DNA of 64,000 nt from Candidatus Oxydemutatoraceae bacterium (GTDB lineage Bacteria > Pseudomonadota > Gammaproteobacteria > Poriferisulfidales > Oxydemutatoraceae): assembly GCA_965219575.1 (NCBI GenBank), contig OZ244779.1:524769-588768 (forward strand). The letters run 5' to 3'. The notes below the pieces were generated by a model. It was not told the DNA's origin and ran no database searches. It was given only the letters and a program-made list of their open reading frames with translations. The position numbers and the translations under genes are program-made. This document shows, one piece after another, positions 39,600 to 50,183 of this stretch (positions within the stretch are counted from its first letter, which is position 1; every line of letters begins with the position of its first letter).

Positions 39600-41657
39600 A
39601 TGAGTGAGAGAAAATATAAATATGATGAGCGTACATTAAAAGATTTCCTTAAAGATTCTAGAAAATTTTCATTGGTACTCCCACACTTTCAAAGAGACTT
39701 CGTATGGGATAAAGAAAAGCAAAAATCCCTTCTACAATCAATGCTTGCCGGAATACCAATTGGTAGCATCTTATTACTAGAGGACACAAAAAAATCTTAT
39801 GCTAGCCGACCACTTTGCTTTAGAGAATTTGAACCAAAAATAGAGGGAGATAAATGCACATTTCTACTAGATGGACAGCAAAGAATATCAACTCTAAAAT
39901 CCATGTTTTGTGACTTGTTTTCTGAAACAGAGATTGAAAAACTACAAAAAGATAGCTGGCAAGATTTATGGGAGGATTTACCCTCAAAACTACGTTATAG
40001 ATGGTGCTTGAAAATTGACCTAGATAGTGAAGACGAAAATGATATTTGGGGTATTAAAAACCTAGATTTTAAGGAAACTCATGAGAATGACAAATCATTT
40101 AGCCCGACAGATTTTCAAGAATACATAGTGTGTGAGAGAGTACATAAAACAAAAAAGACACCATACCATCCTAATAGTTCAAAAGAAGATTTAGTAAAAT
40201 GGGCGATCTCTGAGAAGTTAGTACCATTATATCTTTTAGGTACAAACCCATATCTGTTGAAAAAAATACTAACACATATTGCAGATCATAAATATTTTGT
40301 GGAACAAGAAAATGAAGAAAACGAAGAAAACAAAGAGAAAATAGAGATGTGGGTATCAAAAGTTACGACTTTTTTGGAGGATATGACATTAAAAACTGGA
40401 ATTTCCAGCATCATATTAGAAGGGCAAACTGGAATGGAAGTTGGTATATATATCTTTGAACAAGTCAATAGAGGCGGGGTTCAATTAGATATTTACGATT
40501 TACTAGTAGCCAGAATGGCACTTTGTCATAAAGACACTAATAAAAATGTAAATTTAACAAAAAAAATAGAGCAGCTATGCAAAGACACACAGAGCATAAA
40601 TGAGAAAATATATCATGGCGAGAAAGATGGCTTTGATCCTAGAAATATGGACATTTGGAATAAGGAAGATAATATTCCTCAAAAAATATTCAAAAAAGTA
40701 TTTAAAAATTGTCTAGCAATTTGCAACCTAAAAAATACGTATGGACTTCGCGATCATCTATCTGATAAATATATCAAAGAAAATCACTTGCTTAAGTTAA
40801 CTGATGAAGAGATATATGACAACTACGAAGAGACAGTACTAACCCTATTTTCAGTATTACAATTTTTACATTTTCGCTGCGGAGTAGTAAAATTAGAAGA
40901 TATACCTTATGAGCTACTAGTTGTTCCATTATTTGTGTTTTTTATTGAAAATGAGAATAAGCCTACCAAAGAAGATGTAGATAAAATAGAGTTTTGGTAT
41001 TGGGCATCAATATTTTGTGGACGTTATCGTGAAAAGCAATCAACTAGGGTGATTAAAGATAGTAACACAATCATTGAAAACAAAGACTTCCATGAAAAGT
41101 TTCATGATAGATTTGACACAATCTTTCAAGCCATAGGCTATTCCGATAAAGAATCTCTAATTAGAACAAGAGAATATAGCAGGCAACCACAATTGGATAA
41201 AGCTATTACTCAATATGTATTGTCACAAGAGCCTTGGGATTTAAGAACAAACAGAGACCGCTATCAATTATCAGCTTATTATTTTGCAAAAGAGGACATT
41301 AATCTTGAGAAAAATATACATCACATTATTCCACTTAATGAAATAGCAAAGCAAGAAGGTATGGAGACTAAAAAACTTAGAGAGAATAAAGAGCATCCTG
41401 TAAACAGTATGCTGAATAAAGTCATCATCAGCCAAAAAGCAAACTGGCAAATACTAAGAGTAAATGATTATAAAGATAATCAGAATCAATTAAATTGTGA
41501 TAAAAATATGATCCCTGTACCAACGGAAAGAAAGTTTATAAATCCAGATAAATCTTATAATCTAAATAGATTTTTAGAGGTCAGATTTGAAATGATAAAA
41601 CAAAAGGTCAAAGATGAGCTACAGATATTAACTACGAAACCCCCGACTAAGGAATAA
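39600..41657 (+). CDS. DUF262 (ParB-like) plus HNH-like nuclease, SspE/GmrSD-type
   Basis: LPHFQRDFVW, LLDGQQR, IFEQVNRGG; C-terminal HHIIP..N..N. Confidence 0.82.
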   Translation: MSERKYKYDERTLKDFLKDSRKFSLVLPHFQRDFVWDKEKQKSLLQSMLAGIPIGSILLLEDTKKSYASRPLCFREFEPKIEGDKCTFLLDGQQRISTLKSMFCDLFSETEIEKLQKDSWQDLWEDLPSKLRYRWCLKIDLDSEDENDIWGIKNLDFKETHENDKSFSPTDFQEYIVCERVHKTKKTPYHPNSSKEDLVKWAISEKLVPLYLLGTNPYLLKKILTHIADHKYFVEQENEENEENKEKIEMWVSKVTTFLEDMTLKTGISSIILEGQTGMEVGIYIFEQVNRGGVQLDIYDLLVARMALCHKDTNKNVNLTKKIEQLCKDTQSINEKIYHGEKDGFDPRNMDIWNKEDNIPQKIFKKVFKNCLAICNLKNTYGLRDHLSDKYIKENHLLKLTDEEIYDNYEETVLTLFSVLQFLHFRCGVVKLEDIPYELLVVPLFVFFIENENKPTKEDVDKIEFWYWASIFCGRYREKQSTRVIKDSNTIIENKDFHEKFHDRFDTIFQAIGYSDKESLIRTREYSRQPQLDKAITQYVLSQEPWDLRTNRDRYQLSAYYFAKEDINLEKNIHHIIPLNEIAKQEGMETKKLRENKEHPVNSMLNKVIISQKANWQILRVNDYKDNQNQLNCDKNMIPVPTERKFINPDKSYNLNRFLEVRFEMIKQKVKDELQILTTKPPTKE

Positions 41658-41844
41658 CGCCATGGGATGATGGTTCGCTGTATTTTGCTGCCTTATCATT
41701 CTTTATTATCAAAATCCCATCACTACATGTTGATTGAACCAAGGGCGTAATTTTCTCTTTATTTGCGCAAGCAATAGCATGAAAACTAACTTTACAGGTG
41801 ATTCTAAAAATTGAGGGACGTCAAACCCTCCATTGGTATATAAA

Positions 41845-41964
41845 ATGGCAGCAGCGAATCAAATTAAATCTTTAATAGAGCTTCATCTACTGAATGAGGA
41901 CGAGCAGTTTTTGACTATCGCTTTGCAGGTTGAGGCTTCCGAAGCGGTGCAGATTTCTATATGA
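41845..41964 (+). pseudogene. 5' relic of an IetA-like AAA ATPase gene
   Basis: 39-codon ORF MAAANQIKSLIELH...F.TIALQVEASEA resembles the N-terminus of subtilase-paired AAA ATPases. Confidence 0.5.
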
Positions 41965-42004
41965 GTTATCATAGCCTGAAAGCAAATTTATAAGAGTTTC
42001 CATA

Positions 42005-43431
42005 ATGAATGAAGAAATTAGAAAAAGAAAGGAAAAAGTAGAACAGCTTTTTAAGGATAAAAGTGGGATGAATTAATTCAGGTAGCTAACGAAATTATTG
42101 ATCTTAAAGCAGAGCCTTATGAGCAAGCGATAACAAACTTTTTTCTCGGTCGTGCCTATGAAGCAAAGGGGGACGATAGCCGTGCACTTGAAAATTATAC
42201 TCAAGCCATAGATCTGGAGCCTAGTTTCCCGCTTCCATACCTCGGTAGTGCCCACATATATGACAAAAGAGAAAAATATGAGTTTGTGCTGGAGAACCTT
42301 AGTAAAGCTATAAAATGTGATACATCTCTAAAATCTCATATTCCATTTGCTTATATTGCCTCACAAATTTTAGCGATAGATAAACTAGGGAAAAGCCAAC
42401 AATCCAAGGCTTTTAAAATTTATAGTAACTTATGGGGTACAATTATTCAGATACAGCACAAACTTTTTTGTAAAGAAGAGTCTAAAGCTGCCCATTACAC
42501 TTCTCTTGATACCCTTATAAACCTCTCTGAAATAGAAAGCCGCTTCCGGCTTTATAACGCAGACTATATGAATGACCCGGAAGAAGGACAAGTTTTTTTC
42601 AAAATAATGAACGAATATCAGACAAACATAAAAAAGCGGATAGACATAGAGGAATGGTTTTACAAGGATAAAGATAAGTCTTATCGCTCACCTGCTTATA
42701 TCGGTAGTTTTGTTCAGTTTGAAGAGGGAAACAAACAGAAAGACAAACTGTTTTTGTGGCGAACCTATGGAAAACATGATAACGAAGAAGCGGCTGGTGC
42801 TTGCTTGATTTTCAATAATAAGCAATGCTTTGCGGAAGATATGCGATACCAATTCGGTACTATGGCAGAAATGCAACTGGTCAATATAACGAGGAGTGAT
42901 GAAATAAAAGAGCACAATAATGTGAAGAAACCTGAGTTATATAAAATTTATTACCGAGGAGAAACAAATAATAAACTAGAGAAAGAATTAGAAAAACTAG
43001 CAGGTCAACTCATGAATATAAACCAATTTATAGAAAAAGTACATGCAGAGAAAATAAAAAGTGTGTGGCAACAAATGGAGGAAAGAAAAAAAACAGAAGA
43101 TGCATTGCGGCGACTTGTTTGCGAATTACTGGACAGTATCCGCTTTCTCTTCAAAGAAAGCCATTATCGTGAAGAAAATGAGGTGCGCGTTATCCAGTGG
43201 AATTATGGTGAGAAGGATGAGTCCTCAGAATCTAAAGTTGAGGTTGACGCGGAAAGTATCCCGCCGCGTCTCTATGTGGAAGCTCCGGAAAATTTCCAGT
43301 TTAGCGAGGTTATACTCGGGCCAAAAACGGAGCGTTATCAGGAGTGGGAGCAGTGGCTCAAGGAACAGGCGAAGAAACAGGACAGGAGTATTGAAATAAA
43401 ACGATCAGGAATCAAGTACGGAAAATCATAA
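42005..43431 (+). pseudogene. TPR plus DUF2971 protein with a one-base frameshift near 42060 (or 381-aa CDS from 42286)
   Basis: TPR-like LGRAY..KG...RALENYTQAIDLEP upstream in frame; HYTS, YMNDPEEG, LWRTYG, FKESHY.EE.E.R, VILGPK. Confidence 0.7.
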
Positions 43432-43476
43432 CCATACACGGGGACGCAAGCAGTTGGGTTTGTGCAAGCATGTTCA

Positions 43477-43630
43477 CAACCACCCCGTCAGGCTGCGCCT
43501 GCCACCCCTCCAAAGGAGGGGAATTGATCAGTGCAGATACGTAACCACCCCGTCAGGCTGCGCCTGCCACCCCTCCAGAGGAGGGGAATGATGGGTGAAC
43601 ATTTTAATTGTGCGGTTTTTTTAACAGCCA
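43477..43630. repeat. Two tandem REP-like units
   Basis: AACCACCCCGTCAGGCTGCGCCTGCCACCCCTCC..GGAGGGGAAT x2. Confidence 0.9.
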
Positions 43631-43695
43631 GATATTTCTAGGCTCTGTTACAATACTCAAGGAGCCTATCCTCTAAACACAATCGGGAGTTTACT

Positions 43696-43905
43696 ATGAG
43701 CAAAAAAAGAGAGAATGAGAATCCCTTTATCAAGGAGGTTGAGTCCGCCGCTTACGGGAATCCAAATGTTGACATGGATTTGTTTAGGCAATGGCTAGAG
43801 GTGGAAAAAATACTCGATAGTCTTCCAAAGATACCTGAACCAAAGCCGAAAAAAGTAAAGCCGCCTCGCTTGCAGCCAATTCCGCTTGAAATATTCGGTC
43901 GGTAA
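43696..43905 (+). CDS. Small hypothetical protein
   Basis: GGGAG RBS, 69-aa ORF. Confidence 0.55.
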   Translation: MSKKRENENPFIKEVESAAYGNPNVDMDLFRQWLEVEKILDSLPKIPEPKPKKVKPPRLQPIPLEIFGR

Positions 43906-44080
43906 ATCCTTTGTTGCCCTGCCTGTGTTAGTAGCGGAATGTCCCTCTGCTTGGGTAAACGAGCTGCAAAAAGCAAGACACTTTTCCTATAATTACACAA
44001 GACCAGCGATATTATCCTGAATGCCTTTTTGAGGATTGTAAAATAGAAGGGGAAATTGAAGAACAACAGGAGATGTTCTA

Positions 44081-44863
44081 ATGAATACAGAATCAATACA
44101 GAAATCTTTCAAGGAATCCGTCGCCGAGTCGGTTGAACTTTTCCCACATGGGGATAACAACTATCAAATAGCTACCCCTTTTCATTTTGATGACGGAGAC
44201 CACTTTGTTGTTATATTAAAGACAGATGAATCAGGTAGCTGGATTATAACGGACGAAGGACATACCTATATGCACATGAGCTACTATATGGACTTGTCTT
44301 CTCTGGACAACGGAAACCGTAATGAAATTATAGAAAGCTCTTTGGAAAAATATGGTGTTAAAGAAATAGAAGGGGAACTTATTGCTACGATTGATGAAAT
44401 TTCCAATGCAGGGAACACCCTCTACAATTTCATTCAGTGTCTGATGAGTATTATCGATGTTTCTTATCTCAGCCGAGAGATAGTGAGGTCTACATTTATG
44501 GAGGATTTCAAATCTTTTATTTGTGAATCGGTTGCCGAAGAGAGGGTTCAATTTGATTATAAAGAAGAAGCAAATGATCCTGACGGAAAATATAAAGTAG
44601 ATTGCAGAGTCAACGGCATGTCTCGCCCTTTGCACATATATGCCATAGGCAACGACGACAGATGTCGTGATACAACGATTACTATTCTGCAACATGAAAA
44701 GTGGAAACTCGATTTTTTTAGCATGGCAATTTTTGAGGATCAAGAAACCATCAACCGCAAAGTTCTGGCTCGTTTAACGGATGTTTGCGGCCGGCAGTTT
44801 TCTAGTTTGGCAACGAATAAAAAAAGGATTAGGGATTTCTTTGACGAAAAGATTAATGGGTAA
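44081..44863 (+). CDS. DUF1828-domain protein
   Basis: I.TPF.FDDGD, ITDEGHT, F.EDF, VDCR.NG, IFEDQE.I.RKVLAR..D. Confidence 0.8.
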   Translation: MNTESIQKSFKESVAESVELFPHGDNNYQIATPFHFDDGDHFVVILKTDESGSWIITDEGHTYMHMSYYMDLSSLDNGNRNEIIESSLEKYGVKEIEGELIATIDEISNAGNTLYNFIQCLMSIIDVSYLSREIVRSTFMEDFKSFICESVAEERVQFDYKEEANDPDGKYKVDCRVNGMSRPLHIYAIGNDDRCRDTTITILQHEKWKLDFFSMAIFEDQETINRKVLARLTDVCGRQFSSLATNKKRIRDFFDEKING

Positions 44864-44869
44864 CGGCGA

Positions 44870-45250
44870 CTAAATTGGATGAATGAATAAATAGTACAGA
44901 TACAACACAACCACCCCGTCAGGCTGCGCCTGCCACCCCTCCGAAGGAGGGGAATGTACCGGCATCGCACCTTGTACAGACACTTTGACAACCACCCCGT
45001 CAGGCTGCGCCTGCCACCCCTCCACAGGAGGGGAATGTACCGGCATCGCACCTTGTACAGACACTTTGACAACCACCCCGTCAGGCTGAATAGAACCGCC
45101 GATTGAACCAGTAGGTCAATCGGCGTGACATTATGCAGAACCTGAACATGATTGCTAAACGCATGCATTGCAAAATGCATAGGCCACCCCTCCGAAGGAG
45201 GGGAATTGATCAGTGCAGACACTTCGGGGGCTGTTGAAAAAGTATTCTCA
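44870..45250. repeat. Composite REP cluster with tandem ~81-bp units
   Basis: Three AACCACCCCGTCAGGCTG starts, GCCGATTGA palindrome, CTGTTGAAAAA. Confidence 0.9.
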
Positions 45251-45410
45251 AGACACCTTTAGGGTGGATATTCCCCTCCTTCGCGAGGGAATATCACCTT
45301 CTAATATACCGTTCAACATGTATTTACTACCGTTCATCCATTTGTCTCTCCTCCTACTCAATACCGGGTTTAGGGTAGATGTTTTACACCCAATTTATAG
45401 GAGATTTACT

Positions 45411-46359
45411 ATGAATGAAAAACATCTCGGATACTTAGACTTGACAAAAGATATTTCCTTTAAGCGATACTTCTCGATCAATAAGCAGGTACTGTTCTCA
45501 TTGATTAAGAGCTTTCTGCCGACCCCCGATAATGCGCCGGATATGATGATACTCAACCCCGGCATACTCAACCCTGCATCCAAAACCGCAAATCAACAAA
45601 ACCAATCGGGCGATATGCTACATCTGCAGGATAGTTCTATCCCACCGGACACACCGGGTGGCAAACAGGTTGTGCTAGACCTCCATGTCAAGTTACATAG
45701 CGGTGAGAATATCGACATAGAGATGCAGGGCTATTCTCAAAAGGACTTCTTTAGTAGAATGTTGGCTTATTGGGTGCAGTTGCACTCTTATGGTATGAGG
45801 CGTGGACAGAAGTTTGATCAGATTGATCCGAGCTACTTACTGGTGTTTACCCGGTTCACGGTGTTTGATGAAGAGGACTATATAAACGAGACCACAATCA
45901 CTCTGCGTAAGCATCGGCATAAGGAATTGACTAAGGACTTTGGGTTGGTGATAGTGGAATTGAGCAAGTTCAACAAGAGCCACCTTGAGTTGGTTGATAT
46001 GACGGATAGGTGGTGCTATCATCAAGCACTCGGCGGAATTGACGGCTGAGCAAGTAAAGCATTTATCACAAGACGGAGAGACGAAGATGGCATTAAAACA
46101 TTTAGAGGAGATATCAAAAGAGGATATAGATTGCTGGAACGCTATATCCATAGAGAGACGAGAGTGGGAACGGCACTTGAGAGAGCAAGAGATCATGGAA
46201 GAAGTCAAAGCAGAAGGGTTGGCTGAAGGTAAAGTAAAAAGAGAGCACGAAATTGCTTTGAACATGTTGCAAGAGAATTATGAGGTTTCTGAGATTTCAA
46301 AATTGACAGGTTTATCTGCTGACGAGATTAAACAGCTAAAGAGTAGAACTGCCGATTGA
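45411..46359 (+). pseudogene. Rpn-family PD-(D/E)xK nuclease, frameshifted at ~46020
   Basis: D.SFKRYF, LD..V, IDIEMQ, R...YW, VEL.KF, DRWCY; C-terminal EG..EGK..EIALNML..ISKLTGLS in another frame. Confidence 0.85.
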
Positions 46360-46690
46360 GCCGATAGGTCAATCGACAGAGACGAGACGAGCCTTTTAAC
46401 TATTTAGGTGGATAAATGGATAATTGTGCAGACATTTTGGGGGCTGTTGAAGAAGTGAGGGCATCGCACAACACCAACCGCCCTGCGCCAACAAATAATG
46501 GTTTCCATAAATTGGATGGATGAATGAATGTATAAATCATACAGATACGACACAACCACCCCGTCAGGCTGCGCCTGCCACCCCTCCAAAGGAGGGGAAT
46601 GTACCAGCACTATAATTGTGCAGACACTTTTGCGACCACCCCTCCACAGGAGGGGAATGGGCCGGCACTATAATCGTGCGGACACTTCTG
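46345..46690. repeat. Composite REP/MITE-like repeat
   Basis: Same modules as the other copies. Confidence 0.85.
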
Positions 46691-46695
46691 GATGC

Positions 46696-47601
46696 CTAGA
46701 CCATCTCATAGCTCTTGATGATTAAGGCTTTTCTCTGTTCAAAGTCATCGGTAGTTGATATTTTTAATTCTAAGCCGCAGGCACCATAGTGGCCGGTACT
46801 CCCGACATCTTTTAACAATTCATCTTCTAAATTTTCTTTTGCAGGGTCTAGTCTCAAATAAAGCAGAATGTGCCTAGCTTGAGGTTTTATTTTCAGGCGA
46901 ACGAAGGTTTTAATTCTATTGTATGCCTTATAATGTTTCAGTTCTTTTACCTGCACATCATCACCAAGATCCAAGATAAAATTTTCAATAAAATGATACA
47001 AATCCGTTAATTCTGAATCTGCCTGCTCTAGATATTCCCCGAAAATCTTCTGAGTCGTATTCTTTTTTCTATTATCTGTTTCCATGCGCCCGGTTGCGGT
47101 TTGTGAATTAACCAACTCAAATAAAAGCATATCCTCATCGAATTTTCTGTATCTAATCAGCTCTATATTACGGTTTATTTGCTTGACCGCATGCTCGTCA
47201 TATCTCTTAAAATCACTGGCGATACACAAAAGCCTCGGAGCCGACCATTCTATTTTTTCGATATGATCTTTGCCGAGCTTTTTCAGAACCAAAAGTTCAA
47301 ACGCAGCCTTATGATCCATCAGCCAGTCAAGATAAAAGAGTCCTTGATTGATCACATTCTCGGATTGCGAGCGTTTGTATTCAATAATCACGGGGCAATT
47401 ATCCTCGTCTATGCCGAGTGTATCGATACGCCCTCTATGTTCTTTACCCGTAGAATATTCCGTCGCTAAAAATTTGATACCGAATATCTCTTCCAAGTTA
47501 TGCTCTATCAGAGTCTGCAAAGGTTTCTCCAAAGCAAAAGAGACTGTCGTTAATTCTTCAACCTTGTCGTTGTTCAATTTGAAAAGTTTTAGATCACTCA
47601 T
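46696..47601 (-). CDS. NucS/DUF91-like endonuclease domain plus DUF5655 protein
   Basis: LEK.LQ.LIE, GRIDTLG.D...PVIIEYKR, NQGLFYLDWL, GHYG...LE. Confidence 0.82.
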   Translation of the reverse strand: MSDLKLFKLNNDKVEELTTVSFALEKPLQTLIEHNLEEIFGIKFLATEYSTGKEHRGRIDTLGIDEDNCPVIIEYKRSQSENVINQGLFYLDWLMDHKAAFELLVLKKLGKDHIEKIEWSAPRLLCIASDFKRYDEHAVKQINRNIELIRYRKFDEDMLLFELVNSQTATGRMETDNRKKNTTQKIFGEYLEQADSELTDLYHFIENFILDLGDDVQVKELKHYKAYNRIKTFVRLKIKPQARHILLYLRLDPAKENLEDELLKDVGSTGHYGACGLELKISTTDDFEQRKALIIKSYEMV

Positions 47602-47798
47602 TAATATCAATACCCTTTTTAATTTTTCAATATATGATTTCCCCAAAGACTAGGATTTTATGCTGATTATTATACGCAAGCTACAATAGATGCAAGTATC
47701 GCGAGCCGATGCCGTTGCGGCACATTCCTCTGAAAATATCGCTGATTTCTGTTATTATTAACACCTCAACATTTCAATTCGAAACATAGGTAAAAGAC

Positions 47799-47999
47799 AT
47801 GACCAAGCAAGAAAAAATCCAGCAGCTGATAGAGATGCAAAAAAAGTTCATTGAAAAAGAGCAGAATACAGGTGTCTCAATGCAGGAGTATTTCTCTCCC
47901 GATAAGCAATCCGAACTTCATGGTTATAGCGAAAATTATATGAAAATCGCAATGGAGATAGTGGCGGATGCACATCAGGAGGTTGGATCGAAACCCTAG
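47799..47999 (+). CDS. Small hypothetical protein
   Basis: 66-aa helical ORF with AGG RBS. Confidence 0.6.
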   Translation: MTKQEKIQQLIEMQKKFIEKEQNTGVSMQEYFSPDKQSELHGYSENYMKIAMEIVADAHQEVGSKP

Positions 48000-48043
48000 G
48001 CATCTATCGCCGAAGTCTGGCATGTGCGTTGTATCGGCACATG

Positions 48044-48741
48044 GGATTGTTGAAAAAGTACCGTTTTGCACAACTGCGGTGTTGCTACATTCCCCTCCTT
48101 TGGAGGGGTGGCAGGCGCAGCCTGACGGGGTGGTTGCCGAAGGTCTGCAACACCATAACCGCTTGCGCCACATAATTATGATAACCACAAAGTCGTAGGG
48201 GCAGACCTGTGTGTCTGCCCAAAACGATACCGTTCTGCACAGCCGTAACCGCTTGCGCCGTATGGTTTTGGTTTCCATAAATCGGATGAATGAATGTATA
48301 AATCGTGCAGATGCAACGCGTTACGGGCAGAACAGAGCCGCCGATTGAGCCAGTAGGTCAATCGGCAATTTAATTTTAGTCCGCCCCTACCACTCTATGA
48401 AATACTTTTTCAACAGTCCCCGAAGGTCTGCAACACCGTAACCGCTTGCGCCACATAATTATGATAACCACAAAGTCGTAGGGGCAGACCTGTGTGTCTG
48501 CCCAAAACGATACCGTTCTGTACAAACTCAACCGCTTGCGCCAACAAATAATGGTTTCCATAAATTGGATGGATGAATGTATAAATCGTGCAGATGCAAC
48601 GCGTTACGGGCAGAACAGAGCCGCCGATTGAGCCAGTAGGTCAATCGGCAATTTAATGTTAGTCCGCCCCTACGGGTGGTTTGCAAATATTCATGGCGCA
48701 AGCGGTTACGGTTGCACGCTGACGATACTTTTTCAACAGCC
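48044..48741. repeat. Two tandem MITE-like composite repeats
   Basis: TGTTGAAAAA at ~48047, TTTTTCAACAG at ~48406 and ~48729; duplicated internal modules. Confidence 0.9.
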
Positions 48742-49421
48742 TAAATCTGTGTCCACATTCTAAACAGGTTCGTATATAGCCATTCTAGTTCTTTACTCTC
48801 TCGAGAGTCGGGGGCTTTAGCTTTTATGCGGTTTTGCACTTTGCCGATTCTATATATTAGTTCACGGTGTAGAGGATTCGGTATTAGGCTTTGTATCCAA
48901 GTCACAGCAACCAGACGGCAACCGCTTTTAATGGGTTCAACCCGATGGGTGGTTGTTGCCGTGTATAGCACGGCATCGCCGGCGGGATATTTGGCGGTAT
49001 GCGTATCGTCGTCTTCCAGTATGCCGATAAGCAGTTCGCCGCCCTCGTATTCGCCCGGGTTATTTAGAAAAATAGTCATTGCGATATCGGAACGATAGAG
49101 ATGCGGTGGTTGTCCCATCACCGGGTTATCGGTATGATCGCCGTAATAGTCTCCTTGACGATATGAAGCGTAGTAGGGTTCGGCAATTTTATGCGGCAAG
49201 GCAATCGCTTGATACTCGGGGTGGGTAATGAGTTTGGGCATAACGATTGCATTGAGTTTTTCTAGGGTGGCATCGGTGTTTGAGACCTCTTGGTTGTTTT
49301 TATTCGGGCGGGCATATTTGCCTGCCGACAGGCGACCGTCTACGAAACGAGCCTGTCTGAGCAGTTCGTTAATCTTGCTTAAATCGTCGGCAGAGAGTAA
49401 TGCGTTTATTCGGTATATCAT
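48741..49421 (-). CDS. Fe(II)/2-oxoglutarate-dependent dioxygenase (PKHD-type, PiuC/YbiX-like)
   Basis: F.DG..SAG, KNN, YG.HTDN, RSD..MTIFL, YEGGEL, HRVEP...G.R. Confidence 0.92.
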   Translation of the reverse strand: MIYRINALLSADDLSKINELLRQARFVDGRLSAGKYARPNKNNQEVSNTDATLEKLNAIVMPKLITHPEYQAIALPHKIAEPYYASYRQGDYYGDHTDNPVMGQPPHLYRSDIAMTIFLNNPGEYEGGELLIGILEDDDTHTAKYPAGDAVLYTATTTHRVEPIKSGCRLVAVTWIQSLIPNPLHRELIYRIGKVQNRIKAKAPDSRESKELEWLYTNLFRMWTQI

Positions 49422-50173
49422 TATTGGGGGTCAAAGCTCCGCAAGTTATGGCGCAACACGACCTCTATTTGGGAAGCCTTCAGTGCGCTTCCTATTCTTT
49501 GGGCTTGCTCCAGTTCACTGTAGGGACCTAGCCACACTCTATGGTATTGTGCGTCTTTGTAGGCAGCTTGGAAAATATGCACATCTTTATAGCCCAAGTC
49601 GACAATTTTGCGTCGTTGTATTTGTGCTTGTAGCGCAGTTGTGAAAGTGCCGGCTTGTAAGATATAGCGCGTCGGTGATGTGTCTTCGTTATTACCATTA
49701 CCTGCATCGTCTTTGCCTGCCTTTCCATCGACTCTATCGTTTGCGTCATTTCCGGAAAAATCTTCGCCTACCGCGCTTGGAATAATTGTCAGCTCGGTCT
49801 GATCCTGAGGGGGTGTATCGGCGGTGGGTGCCGGCGGCAATTCAAACTCTTCTAGTTCCTTATAGAATTGATAATCTATAGATTGACTATTGGGTCGATC
49901 TTTAGATGCTTCGGTCGAAGCAGAGGCCTCCGGCTGTGTCTTGTTATCGGCTGTGTCGGAAGCAGCCGACTCGGTATATGCACTATTACCACCGGCAGTT
50001 GAATGATAGTTGTTTAGGTATGTTATAAAAAGTGCACCTGCAACAAGCAATCCGGACAAAAAGCCCACCCCGAAAATGCTTGCCGTCTTCTTGAATGTAC
50101 TGTCACCGCTTGTGTTTTTCTTCGTCGGTGGTTGCGTAGCCAATGATTTCTTCTTGTAGTCTTTCATTGCCAT
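49421..50173 (-). CDS. SPOR-domain cell division protein (FtsN-like)
   Basis: N-terminal TM, Y.FY..L, LQAG.F, HRVWLGPY; downstream of argS. Confidence 0.85.
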   Translation of the reverse strand: MAMKDYKKKSLATQPPTKKNTSGDSTFKKTASIFGVGFLSGLLVAGALFITYLNNYHSTAGGNSAYTESAASDTADNKTQPEASASTEASKDRPNSQSIDYQFYKELEEFELPPAPTADTPPQDQTELTIIPSAVGEDFSGNDANDRVDGKAGKDDAGNGNNEDTSPTRYILQAGTFTTALQAQIQRRKIVDLGYKDVHIFQAAYKDAQYHRVWLGPYSELEQAQRIGSALKASQIEVVLRHNLRSFDPQ

Positions 50174-50183
50174 CTATAAATGC

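Noticed and set aside
41657-47646. Cassette-like genes as an integron array
   Set aside because: No integron integrase, and the intergenic repeats are the genome-wide family rather than attC sites with RYYYAAC/GTTRRRY ends.
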